A stretch of 52,792 bases of DNA from a virus (IMGVR_UViG_3300031659_000012:1-52792), one strand, 5' to 3'. Numbered from the stretch's first letter, positions 27,964 to 36,748 are shown. The notes: generated by a model not told the origin, from the letters alone. A program made the numbers and translations.

Positions 27964-28158
27964 CTAACGTGTTTTCTGGTTGAGGTGCAGCAAGTCTTCC
28001 TTGCGCGATATTAATGTGTAGCCCTGCTTTGGCAGTGGAGCTATGCACCACCCAAGTCTTTGCTCAGTGGCAGCAACGTCACCGCATTTGAGACAGACCC
28101 GATAGCCTAGCTTGGCGCGACCTACTGGGAACGTGTCCCCACAATCTTTGCACTTCAT
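27964..28158 (-). CDS. DksA/TraR-like C4 zinc-finger protein
   Basis: CKDCGDTFP.GR..LG...CLKC. Confidence 0.65.
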   Translation of the reverse strand: MKCKDCGDTFPVGRAKLGYRVCLKCGDVAATEQRLGWCIAPLPKQGYTLISRKEDLLHLNQKTR

Positions 28159-28379
28159 TAGAATGCCACCTCGTCTTCTATCTTTGACGCAGCCAACATC
28201 CGCAGCATCAAGAACGATGTGTTGTCCGACAAGATAGTCAGGTTTAGCAAATGCACCGAGTTGCGTTCAATCCATGCCTCGGCAGTTACGATGTTAGTTG
28301 CTTCGTGGATTACTTTGTCCGAGTGGCATCGGGTCTTATCGCTCCAAGCGAACCCCTGAACTGTTACTGTCTGCTTCAT
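28158..28379 (-). CDS. Small hypothetical early protein
   Basis: Start after the palindrome and GGAG leader. Confidence 0.65.
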   Translation of the reverse strand: MKQTVTVQGFAWSDKTRCHSDKVIHEATNIVTAEAWIERNSVHLLNLTILSDNTSFLMLRMLAASKIEDEVAF

Positions 28380-28397
28380 AGTAGTCTCCATTTGTTA

Positions 28398-28415
28398 TTC
28401 GGGCATCTGCCCGAA
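28398..28415. repeat. 18-bp palindrome copy 7
   Basis: TTCGGGCATCTGCCCGAA plus leader TAACAAATGGAGACTACTATG. Confidence 0.9.
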
Positions 28416-28477
28416 AGTGCTGTTAGTGTAGGGTTACGTAGTGATTCATTAAACTACGTCTTTACCGTCCATATAAC

Positions 28478-28506
28478 ATACTACCACATAGAGCGTGCGA
28501 TGTCAA
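28478..28506 (-). promoter_or_regulatory. Strong sigma70-like early promoter
   Basis: Minus strand TTGACA-17 bp-TAGTAT with TGn extension. Confidence 0.75.
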
Positions 28507-28554
28507 GTTTTGGGGTGCGGTGGTGTCGCGTGGTGTCTGGTGGTAAGTCCTGTC

Positions 28555-28790
28555 AAGTTCCAACGTGTGTGTCTGTATGCTGCTGATTTAAAAAGAAAGT
28601 TCCAAAGTTCCAAAGTTCCAAGGGTATATGTCAGGATTTGTGAAAGGGTTTTTAGCGAGAAAGTACCCTCTTACTCTCTCTAACAATATATTTATATATA
28701 TACTTATAATCTTGGAACTTTGGAACTTTCTTCTACTTTCAATGCTTTACGAGCCGTTTGCTTGGAACTTCTTTGGAACTTCTGGAACTT
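28555..28790. repeat. Inverted iteron clusters around an AT-rich core (candidate replication origin)
   Basis: AAGTTCCAA at 28555, 28597, 28605, 28613; (T)TGGAACTT at 28712, 28720, 28762, 28773, 28783; AT-rich run at 28681-28710. Confidence 0.75.
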
Positions 28791-28812
28791 TCTTTTACTT
28801 TCAGATACTTAG

Positions 28813-29086
28813 ATGCGTAGAGCTACTCTACTTACTGGTATCGGAAGTTTCGGGCAGTTGCCCGAAGTACAATCTAGTGACATCCTATGGGCTAACCCGT
28901 TTGGAACACGCGCAAACGTGTCATGCGTAGAGCTACTCTACTTACTGGTATCAGAACTTTCGGGCAGGTGCCCGAATAAAAAAAGACCCGCCGAAGCGAG
29001 CCTAGTAGAGCATTGTGGTGCAATGTATTGCCTAGATATCATAGGCGTTGCGTATACGCAACAAAACTTTCGGGCAGGTGCCCGAA
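28813..29086. repeat. Array with 110-bp period: palindrome copies 8-10, the first two in a 54-bp direct repeat
   Basis: Palindromes at 28849, 28959 and 29069. 28813-28866 and 28923-28976 differ at only 3 positions. Confidence 0.88.
28978..29003 (-). terminator. Rho-independent terminator (cUUCGg loop)
   Basis: Minus strand AGGCTCGC-TTCG-GCGGGTCT-TTTTTT. Confidence 0.75.
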
Positions 29087-29095
29087 AAAAGACAC

Positions 29096-29125
29096 AAAAA
29101 AAGGGGCCACCCGAAGGCAGCCCCT
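29096..29125 (-). terminator. Rho-independent terminator (cUUCGg loop) after the first early gene
   Basis: Minus strand AGGGGCTGCC-TTCG-GGTGGCCCCT-TTTTTT. Confidence 0.85.
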
Positions 29126-29141
29126 GTAGAATGTTATGTGG

Positions 29142-29720
29142 TTAGCAGAATGTTTTGACGAAACCCTTGAGAACCGCGATCGCATCGTCGTGCGCGAACG
29201 TGTCAGGGAATGGCTTGTCACCTTGCAACAATTTGGTGGCCTTTTCCATTAACGCGGCGAGGTCTTCAATGGCCGTCTTAGGCTCATTCGCGCCACCCGA
29301 TACGTATTCCTCAGGACATGCCAGCTTATGAGCCGTGATTAAGCCACGTCGCACAGTCTTGAGAAATTCGGTGCGGCGATCCTGCAACACCTTGCGCGAG
29401 GCCTTTTGCTCGGCTGGTGCATCCTTTGGCAATTTGGTGGCCAATTCTGCCCGCTCGGCTTTGGTATAACATACCATGCCAGCCGCTTCCACGCGAGCCG
29501 CGTATTGCTCGACAGACGCTGTGCTGTCCTTATTCTTAGCGGAAAGGTAATCGCTTGGCAGGATGCCCGCAGCAACTAGGTAGGCATACGTATGGGCTAG
29601 TTTGCCCTCGGCCTTGCGGACAATGTCCATTGCGCCCACCTCAACAATGTCGATACCTTCGACGTTAAACTTTATGCCAATGGTTGCTAGTGTCTCGGTC
29701 ATCTTTGAAATAGTTGTCAT
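29142..29720 (-). CDS. First gene of the early arm, hypothetical
   Basis: 192 aa from the ATG after AAGGAG; followed by its own terminator. Confidence 0.75.
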   Translation of the reverse strand: MTTISKMTETLATIGIKFNVEGIDIVEVGAMDIVRKAEGKLAHTYAYLVAAGILPSDYLSAKNKDSTASVEQYAARVEAAGMVCYTKAERAELATKLPKDAPAEQKASRKVLQDRRTEFLKTVRRGLITAHKLACPEEYVSGGANEPKTAIEDLAALMEKATKLLQGDKPFPDTFAHDDAIAVLKGFVKTFC

Positions 29721-29832
29721 AGTGAAGTCTCCTTGTCTGAGATTGATCGTGCGCCAATCCCTTCTGACAACCAATCAATACCGCGCCATAACGTGTTATA
29801 CAATGGGTCTGCATACTAAATGATATTAAACC

Positions 29833-29872
29833 AAACTAAACGCCGTTGAAACTAAAACGCCGTCGAAACTAA
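29833..29872. repeat. Short imperfect tandem repeat (~16-17 bp x2.4)
   Basis: aaactaaacgccgttg / aaactaaaacgccgtcg / aaactaa. Confidence 0.7.
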
Positions 29873-29881
29873 CTGACTACA

Positions 29882-29899
29882 TTCGGGCACCTGCCCGAA
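29882..29899. repeat. 18-bp palindrome copy 11
   Basis: TTCGGGCACCTGCCCGAA in the divergent intergenic region. Confidence 0.9.
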
Positions 29900-30033
29900 A
29901 CACGTTTTACAGAAGGGTACCCCGTCCCCACCCCCCGCGCTGTCATATAGGATTCCGCCGTAGTACTATTATTACTAATCCAGACGAATAAATTGGTATT
30001 TTTTGAAAACCCCCCGCCCCTCTTTAGAAACCC

Positions 30034-30062
30034 TTGCTAAAATTTTTTTTGTAACCTAGTAT
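30034..30062 (+). promoter_or_regulatory. Sigma70-like promoter for the packaging/structural arm
   Basis: TTGCTA-17 bp-TAGTAT upstream of 30094. Confidence 0.55.
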
Positions 30063-30093
30063 TACGTTACCGGTTAACTACCTGCGAAATGAT

Positions 30094-30690
30094 ATGACAT
30101 TGAATCTAATGCCCGAACTAGGTGTACCCTTAGAGGATGAAGCAAAGCAGCTTCCGTTACCCAAACGCACCGCTGCGCTGGCTAAAACAGTGACAGAATT
30201 AGAGGGCCACGGGCTAAACACCACCCCAGACGAGGACGACAAAGAGGTTGCCGCTGTTTTAGCGACTGCGTTCGCGCGAGAACCAGACAAAACGTCCCGA
30301 AAAGTTACCAACAAACGCGCAGCGAAGCTAACGCCCCCATCTATTAAGATGGCAGGGGCTATAATAGAGGAATTTAACCACTCTGTAGTGGAATCTTCTA
30401 AGCAACTGCGCAACTTAGTAACAAACAAGCTCATCATAGAGTCAGAAAACCCTGATCCACGAGTACGTATGCGTGCTTTAGAGCTTATGGGTAAGATATC
30501 AGACGTAGGGTTGTTCACTGAGAAGTCCGAAGTGACCATTACCCACCAGACCACCGACGATATCAAAGAAAAACTCCGCAGTAAGCTGGCAAAGCTGGTA
30601 AACCCAGAGCCAGAGATAGAAGATGCCACCATTCTAACCGCTAGAACCCTAGACGTTGACGAAGAGTTCGGGTTTGACGACGATGACTGA
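30094..30690 (+). CDS. Probable terminase small subunit
   Basis: Immediately upstream of and overlapping terL; RMRALELMGK...GLF motif typical of TerS. Confidence 0.6.
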   Translation: MTLNLMPELGVPLEDEAKQLPLPKRTAALAKTVTELEGHGLNTTPDEDDKEVAAVLATAFAREPDKTSRKVTNKRAAKLTPPSIKMAGAIIEEFNHSVVESSKQLRNLVTNKLIIESENPDPRVRMRALELMGKISDVGLFTEKSEVTITHQTTDDIKEKLRSKLAKLVNPEPEIEDATILTARTLDVDEEFGFDDDD

Positions 30691-32233
30691 GGGTTTTGAC
30701 TTCAATAACGACGATATTGATATCATGCTGGCTAATCTTGACTCGTTTAGTGAGGAAGAAGTGGCCGAGATTGACCGTATGGTGGACGAATTGTCTACAC
30801 GGTCTAAAAACAAGCGTGCGTACGACGACCTGATTGAGTTCTGCAAACTTATGATGCCTGAGTTTATTGTAGGCAAGCACCACCGCATCCTTGCTGACTT
30901 ACTCATGGGGATTGAGCGAGGGGATAAAGACCGTATCTGCGTTAACATCCCACCACGCCACGGCAAATCACAACTTGTGTCTATCTTCTTCCCAGCATGG
31001 TTCTTAGGCAGGAACCCAGACAAGAAAGTTATGATGGTGTCCCACACCACAGACCTAGCGGTAGATTTTGGTCGTAAAGTACGTAACTTGATAGCCCTAG
31101 ACGATTACAGGTCTATATTTCCCACTGTGAAACTCGCACAGGACAGTAAGTCAGCGGGTCGGTGGAATACCAACGTAGGTGGAGAGTATTATGCGTGCGG
31201 TATTGGCTCTGCACTTGCGGGTCGTGGCGCTGACTTGCTTCTTGTTGACGATCCACACTCGGAGCAGGATGTAATCAACGGGAACTTTAGCGTCTTTGAG
31301 AAGGCGTATGAGTGGTTCACCTTCGGCGCACGGACACGATTAATGCCCGGAGGACGTGTAGCTATTATACAGACACGTTGGCACCTAGATGATCTTACAG
31401 GGCGTGTGGTACGCGACATGGGTAAGAACGAACGTGCGGATCAGTACGAAGTCGTTGAGTTCCCCGCCATCCTAGATGTTGTCAACAAGAAAACCAAAAA
31501 GGTAACTCAAAAGCCGTTATGGCCTGAGTTCTTTGACTTAGAAGCCCTACTACGTACCAAAGCCTCTATGCCTGTATTCCAATGGAACTCGCAGTATCAA
31601 CAGCAGCCCACCACAGAAGAAGCAGCTATCGTTAAACGTGAGTGGTGGAACGAGTGGACCCCAGATACACCGCCGTCCTGTGAATATATTATCATGTCGC
31701 TTGACGCCGCAGCCGAGAAACATAACCGTGCAGACTTTACAGCGCTTACCACATGGGGCGTATTCTTGAACGAAGAGACCAGCGCGTACAATATTATATT
31801 GTTAAATAGCATAAAACAACGTATAGAGTTCCCAGAACTTAAACAGCTTGCGATGGAAGAGTACAACGACTGGGAACCAGACTCGTTCATTGTGGAGAAG
31901 AAAAGCTCTGGTGTAGCCTTGTATCAAGAGATGCGACGTATGGGTCTACCAGTGTCTGAGTACACACCACATAGAGGGTCAGGGGATAAGTTGGCTAGAC
32001 TTAACTCCGTTGCAGACATTGTAGCATCTGGACTTTGCTGGGTGCCGCAGACACGATGGGCAGAAGAAGTGGTCGAAGAGATTGCAGGATTTCCATTTAT
32101 GAGTAATGATGACCTTGTGGATTCTACGGTTATGGCTCTGATGCGTTTTAGGCAGGGTGGCTTTATTAGGTTGCCTAGTGACGAACCAGAAGAACAACAA
32201 TATTTTAAACAACGCCGAGGCGGGTACTACTAG
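30683..32233 (+). CDS. terL: Terminase large subunit
   Basis: PPRHGKS Walker A, LLLVDDP Walker B, QTRWH..DL coupling motif, YQQ.P, nuclease SLDAA and NDDLVDS. Confidence 0.95.
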   Translation: MTEGFDFNNDDIDIMLANLDSFSEEEVAEIDRMVDELSTRSKNKRAYDDLIEFCKLMMPEFIVGKHHRILADLLMGIERGDKDRICVNIPPRHGKSQLVSIFFPAWFLGRNPDKKVMMVSHTTDLAVDFGRKVRNLIALDDYRSIFPTVKLAQDSKSAGRWNTNVGGEYYACGIGSALAGRGADLLLVDDPHSEQDVINGNFSVFEKAYEWFTFGARTRLMPGGRVAIIQTRWHLDDLTGRVVRDMGKNERADQYEVVEFPAILDVVNKKTKKVTQKPLWPEFFDLEALLRTKASMPVFQWNSQYQQQPTTEEAAIVKREWWNEWTPDTPPSCEYIIMSLDAAAEKHNRADFTALTTWGVFLNEETSAYNIILLNSIKQRIEFPELKQLAMEEYNDWEPDSFIVEKKSSGVALYQEMRRMGLPVSEYTPHRGSGDKLARLNSVADIVASGLCWVPQTRWAEEVVEEIAGFPFMSNDDLVDSTVMALMRFRQGGFIRLPSDEPEEQQYFKQRRGGYY

Positions 32234-32242
32234 AGGTGACAC

Positions 32243-34729
32243 ATGGCTATTGAAAAAGGGCAGTACGCTGCTCCAATGGGACTAGAAGACCTAGAGGGCG
32301 ACCTAGAGGGCGTAGAAGATATGGACATCTCTGAGTTAGAGATTGAGATTGTTGATCCTGAGTCTGTCACTCTAGCCGACGGTAGCATGGAGATTACCAT
32401 AATTCCCGGTAATGAACAAGATTTCTCTGAGTTTGGCGCAAACCTAGCGGAACTCATGGAGGACAGTGATCTTGAAACCCTGTCAGGTGAGCTTGTCGGC
32501 CAGATAACAACGGACATAGATGGTCGTAAAGATTGGGCAGACACGTTTGTTAAGGGCTTAGACGTACTTGGTTTCAAATACGAAGAGCGCTCAGACCCGT
32601 GGGAGGGCGCGTGTGGCGTTAACTCTACAGTTCTAGCTGAAGCAGCCATCAGGTTCCAAGCTGAAACTATGGGTGAGACTATGCCAGCCGCTGGCCCTGT
32701 AAAAACTAGAGTACTTGGCCGAGAGACTAAAGAAAAAGATGAAGCCGCTGCCCGTGTTATGGCAGACATGAACTACGAACTCACCGAGAATATGGTTGAG
32801 TACCGCCCAGAACACGAACGGATGCTGTACAGCCTTGGTTTAGCAGGCTCTGCGTTCAAGAAAGTCTATTACGACCCTAATCTAGGACGTCAGGTTGCTA
32901 TCTATATCTCCGCAGAGGATGTGATTGTCCCCTACGGTGCCTCGAATATTGAAGCTGCAGAGCGTGTAACGCACGTAATGCGCAAGACAAAGAACGAATT
33001 GAAGAAGCTGCAAGCTGCAGGGTTTTATAAAGACGTAGACCTTGGCGACCCAGAACCTTACCACACAGATATTGAAGAGAAAAAAGCAGAAGACGGTGGA
33101 TATTCGCTTACCGATGATGACCGTTATGCTGTATATGAAATACACGCAGACCTTCTTATTGAGGGTATTGATGATGATGACGGAATTGCTCGACCTTACG
33201 TTGTCACCATTGAGCGTGGAAGTGGCGAAGTGCTGGCGATCCGTAGAAACTACGAGGAGGGTGACCCACTCACCCTTAAACGTCAGCACTTCGTCCACTA
33301 TAATTATGTACCGGGATTTGGCTTTTATGGCCTCGGATTGATCCACATTATTGGTGGATACGCCCGCGCTGGAACTTCCTTGATACGTCAGCTTGTTGAC
33401 GCTGGTACGCTCTCCAATCTCCCGGGAGGGCTAAAGTCTCGTGGACTACGTATCAAGGGGGACGATTCCCCTATCAATCCGGGTGAGTTTAAGGATGTGG
33501 ACGTACCGTCAGGGTCTATCCGTGACAACATCATGCCACTGCCGTACAAAGAGCCTTCACAGACGCTCCTAGCGCTTCTAAATCAAATTACGACTGAGGG
33601 GCGGCGTCTGGGCGCTATTAGTGATATGGACATCTCTGACATGTCCGCCAACGCTCCTGTGGGCACAACACTAGCACTACTAGAGCGCACACTAAAACCT
33701 ATGGCTGCGGTGCAAGCACGCGTACACTACGCGATGAAGCAAGAGTTTAAGCTACTCAAGGCCATCATGGCTGAGTATGCCCCTGAAGAGTACGCGTACA
33801 TCCCATCCAGAGGCGAAGTAGGAGCCAAGCGGGCAGACTACCTGATGGTAGACGTGATACCCGTCAGTGACCCTAACAATTCGACTATGGCCCAACGGGT
33901 CGTACAGTACCAAACAGTGCTACAGATGTCAGCGCAGGCTCCACAGATATACGACCTGCCTCAGTTGCATCGCCAGATGATAGAAGTATTGGGCGTGAAG
34001 AACGCCGACAAACTCGTCCCGACTAAGGATGACGCAAAACCAGCCGATCCGATAAGCGAGAACATGGATGCCCTAGTTGGCAAACCTATGAAAGCGTTCA
34101 TCTATCAGGATCAAGACGCTCACATCGCTACGCATATGTCGTTTATGCAAGACCCGATGGTGGCTCAGTTGATTGGTCAAAACCCACAGGCCAAACAGAT
34201 TATGACTTCGCTACAAGCGCACATCGCAGAACACCTTGGGTTCTCTTATCGTCAGAAGATAGAAGAAAAACTAGGCGCACCGCTACCTGCCCCGAACGAA
34301 GAGATGTCAGAAGACATGGAAGTACAACTGTCACGTCTGGTCGCAGACGCAGGCAAGCAGTTACAGCAGGCTAACCAGCAGCAGGCGGCGCAGAAGAAAG
34401 CTCAAGAACAGCAAAAAGACCCGATCATGCAAATGAAGCAAGCTGAATTGCAGATCAAACAAGCTGAAGAGGAGCGCAAAGCAGCAAACGATCTGGCAGA
34501 TCAAAAGATCAAACAGTTTGATATGCAGCTAAAAGAGCAAAAGATTTTGTTGGATGGCAATGTTGCCTCCGAACGCCTGAAGTTAGATGAGAAAGAACTC
34601 ATGTTAACCGCGCAGAAGGACGGGTTAAAGATGGCGGGAGATAGGCGTGTATCCAACGCCAAACTTGACATGGATAGCCTAGAAGCTGACCGTGAAAAAC
34701 CTGACCGCAACTCGGAAGGTAACCAGTAA
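32243..34729 (+). CDS. Portal protein
   Basis: 828 aa directly after terL; PW.GACGV..., GSAFKKVYYD, FYGLGL motifs and Gln-rich C-terminal barrel typical of P22-like/marine podovirus portals. Confidence 0.85.
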   Translation: MAIEKGQYAAPMGLEDLEGDLEGVEDMDISELEIEIVDPESVTLADGSMEITIIPGNEQDFSEFGANLAELMEDSDLETLSGELVGQITTDIDGRKDWADTFVKGLDVLGFKYEERSDPWEGACGVNSTVLAEAAIRFQAETMGETMPAAGPVKTRVLGRETKEKDEAAARVMADMNYELTENMVEYRPEHERMLYSLGLAGSAFKKVYYDPNLGRQVAIYISAEDVIVPYGASNIEAAERVTHVMRKTKNELKKLQAAGFYKDVDLGDPEPYHTDIEEKKAEDGGYSLTDDDRYAVYEIHADLLIEGIDDDDGIARPYVVTIERGSGEVLAIRRNYEEGDPLTLKRQHFVHYNYVPGFGFYGLGLIHIIGGYARAGTSLIRQLVDAGTLSNLPGGLKSRGLRIKGDDSPINPGEFKDVDVPSGSIRDNIMPLPYKEPSQTLLALLNQITTEGRRLGAISDMDISDMSANAPVGTTLALLERTLKPMAAVQARVHYAMKQEFKLLKAIMAEYAPEEYAYIPSRGEVGAKRADYLMVDVIPVSDPNNSTMAQRVVQYQTVLQMSAQAPQIYDLPQLHRQMIEVLGVKNADKLVPTKDDAKPADPISENMDALVGKPMKAFIYQDQDAHIATHMSFMQDPMVAQLIGQNPQAKQIMTSLQAHIAEHLGFSYRQKIEEKLGAPLPAPNEEMSEDMEVQLSRLVADAGKQLQQANQQQAAQKKAQEQQKDPIMQMKQAELQIKQAEEERKAANDLADQKIKQFDMQLKEQKILLDGNVASERLKLDEKELMLTAQKDGLKMAGDRRVSNAKLDMDSLEADREKPDRNSEGNQ

Positions 34730-34731
34730 AT

Positions 34732-34929
34732 ATGGCTAGAACCGTCTTTGACGTGCTAAAAACTAAACTCGAGGATGATAAATCCTCCGCAAAAGAATTT
34801 CTTGGAACAGGTGGAGCAAAAGACTTCTCTCAATACAAGGAAGTTGTTGGCTTAATTCGGGGTCTCGAAGCTGGCATTAACTACGTGGAAGACCTTGCGA
34901 AGAACTATATGGATAACGATGATGACTGA
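34732..34929 (+). CDS. Small hypothetical protein
   Basis: 65 aa between portal and GroES; Y..VVG.I.GL motif. Confidence 0.7.
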   Translation: MARTVFDVLKTKLEDDKSSAKEFLGTGGAKDFSQYKEVVGLIRGLEAGINYVEDLAKNYMDNDDD

Positions 34930-35296
34930 CAAACCAGTTGAAATTAGCGATGACGACTTAGAACTACAACTACCTAGACCCGTAGGCTACCGCGTGTTGA
35001 TAGCCTTACCACAACCCGAAGAAACCGTTTCAGGAACATCAATCTTGAAGACAGAGACTGCCAAAACTCAAGATCACATTATGTCTATCATAGGACTTGT
35101 TGTGGACATGGGTGACCAAGCGTATTCCGATGCAGAACGTTTCCCCACCGGAGCATGGTGTAAGGAAGGTGACTTTGTAATGTTTCGTATGAACTCAGGA
35201 ACACGGTTCACCATTGGCGGGGTCGAGTATCGGCTTATGAACGACGACTCTATTGAGGCCGTTGTAGCTGATCCATCAGGCATTCAGAGGGCGTAG
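34919..35296 (+). CDS. groES: GroES/Cpn10-like co-chaperonin
   Basis: PVGYRVLI...GLVVDMG...KEGDFVMF...SGTRF...EYRLMNDDSIEAVV follows the Cpn10 pattern. Confidence 0.85.
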   Translation: MMTDKPVEISDDDLELQLPRPVGYRVLIALPQPEETVSGTSILKTETAKTQDHIMSIIGLVVDMGDQAYSDAERFPTGAWCKEGDFVMFRMNSGTRFTIGGVEYRLMNDDSIEAVVADPSGIQRA

Positions 35297-35298
35297 AT

Positions 35299-36306
35299 AT
35301 GGCATTTCAAAAAGTAGAATTTGAGTTTCCTGAATTAGAGGATAACAAATTAGAAATAGAGGACTCCGGTGCAGTTGAAGTTGATATCTCCGGTAAAAAG
35401 ACTAAAAAGGATTTCGCAGAAGATGCGGCTAAGTCTGACGATGACAGTCGTGAGGTTGAGGTGGAGGTTGTTGATGATACGCCTAAAGCTGACCGTAATC
35501 GCAAAGCGTCTGAACCTCCAGAGGACATCACAGATGATGAACTTGAGGATTACTCTGACAAGGTTCGTAAGCGTATCCAGCATTTTAGTAAGGGATACCA
35601 TGACGAGCGCAGGGCTAAAGAAGAAGCCCACCGTCAGAGCCAAGAGCTTGAGCGCGTTACTCAACAGCTTATGGAAGAGAACAAAAAGCTAAAAGGTAAC
35701 GTCAATAAGAACCAAGCTGCTTTATTAGATCAGGCTAAGAAAAACGCCGCTATTGAATCAGATAATGCTAAACGTGCGTACAAAGAAGCGTACGAGTCTG
35801 GTGACTCAGATGCAGTGTTGGATGCACAAGATAAGCTAACCAATGCTAAGTTAAAGTCCGAAAGACTAGCAAACTTCAAACTACCGTCTTTACAGGAAAC
35901 AGAAACACCTGTACCAAAAGAAGTAGAACAAATCGCTCCGGCAGTACAAGTCGATGGTCGGGCCGCAGATTGGCAAAAAGCTAATACGTGGTTTGGTCCT
36001 GACGATGAGATGACAAGTTTGGCGCTGGGGCTGCACAACAAACTTGTCAAACAGGGCGTAAGCCCGCAGAGTGATGAATACTACGAGTCGATTGACACTC
36101 GTATGCGTCAAGTATTCCCCGATAATTTCGAGGATGCTGAACCGAAGCGAAAGCAGACACAAGTGGTAGCGCCCGCAACGCGGAGTACAGCCCCACGGAA
36201 AGTGACGTTGACACGCACTCAGGTACAAATCGCTAAAAGGTTGGGTTTGACACCCGAACAATACGCCAAACAGGTTGCAATAGACATGAGGAAAGCAAAT
36301 GGCTGA
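35299..36306 (+). CDS. Putative capsid scaffolding protein
   Basis: Acidic N-terminus, coiled coil, C-terminal LT..QV.IAKRLG.TPEQYAK; located upstream of capsid genes. Confidence 0.7.
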   Translation: MAFQKVEFEFPELEDNKLEIEDSGAVEVDISGKKTKKDFAEDAAKSDDDSREVEVEVVDDTPKADRNRKASEPPEDITDDELEDYSDKVRKRIQHFSKGYHDERRAKEEAHRQSQELERVTQQLMEENKKLKGNVNKNQAALLDQAKKNAAIESDNAKRAYKEAYESGDSDAVLDAQDKLTNAKLKSERLANFKLPSLQETETPVPKEVEQIAPAVQVDGRAADWQKANTWFGPDDEMTSLALGLHNKLVKQGVSPQSDEYYESIDTRMRQVFPDNFEDAEPKRKQTQVVAPATRSTAPRKVTLTRTQVQIAKRLGLTPEQYAKQVAIDMRKANG

Positions 36307-36748
36307 AAATCGCATAGACCGCGAATTAGACAAACGTGAAAAAACTGTACGTAAGAAGGCTTGGACGCGCCCGGAGACTCTACCTTCTCCAATTCCCCAA
36401 GACGGTTACGGATTTCGGTGGATTCGCGTTAGTAATCAAGGCCAGATAGACGCTACCAATGTCTCATCTAAATTACGCGAAGGTTGGGAGCCTGTAAGGG
36501 CAGCAGATCACCCAGAGATTGCTATGGTTACAGTAGAACAAGAACGGTTTGCTGACAACGTAGTGATAGGTGGCTTGATGCTTTGTAAAGCTCCACTGGA
36601 GATGGTTGAAGAACGCACTGACCATTTTCAACAACAGACGGACAGTCAAATGAACTCCGTTGATAACAACCTAATGCGTGAAAATGACCCTCGTATGCCG
36701 TTGTTTAATGATCGCAAGACCAAAGTAACCTTCGGCAAAGGAACTTAA
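36299..36748 (+). CDS. Conserved head-module hypothetical protein
   Basis: FRWIR...REGWEPV...IGGLMLCK motif common in marine podoviruses. Confidence 0.75.
   Translation: MAENRIDRELDKREKTVRKKAWTRPETLPSPIPQDGYGFRWIRVSNQGQIDATNVSSKLREGWEPVRAADHPEIAMVTVEQERFADNVVIGGLMLCKAPLEMVEERTDHFQQQTDSQMNSVDNNLMRENDPRMPLFNDRKTKVTFGKGT

Noticed and set aside
28528-28556. Additional minus-strand TTGACA promoter
   Set aside because: No -10 element at 16-18 bp spacing.
28813-29086. Mini CRISPR array
   Set aside because: Only 2-3 units. Repeat (54 or 18 bp) and spacer (56 or 92 bp) sizes are atypical, the spacers contain terminators, the same palindrome is dispersed elsewhere, and there is no cas operon.
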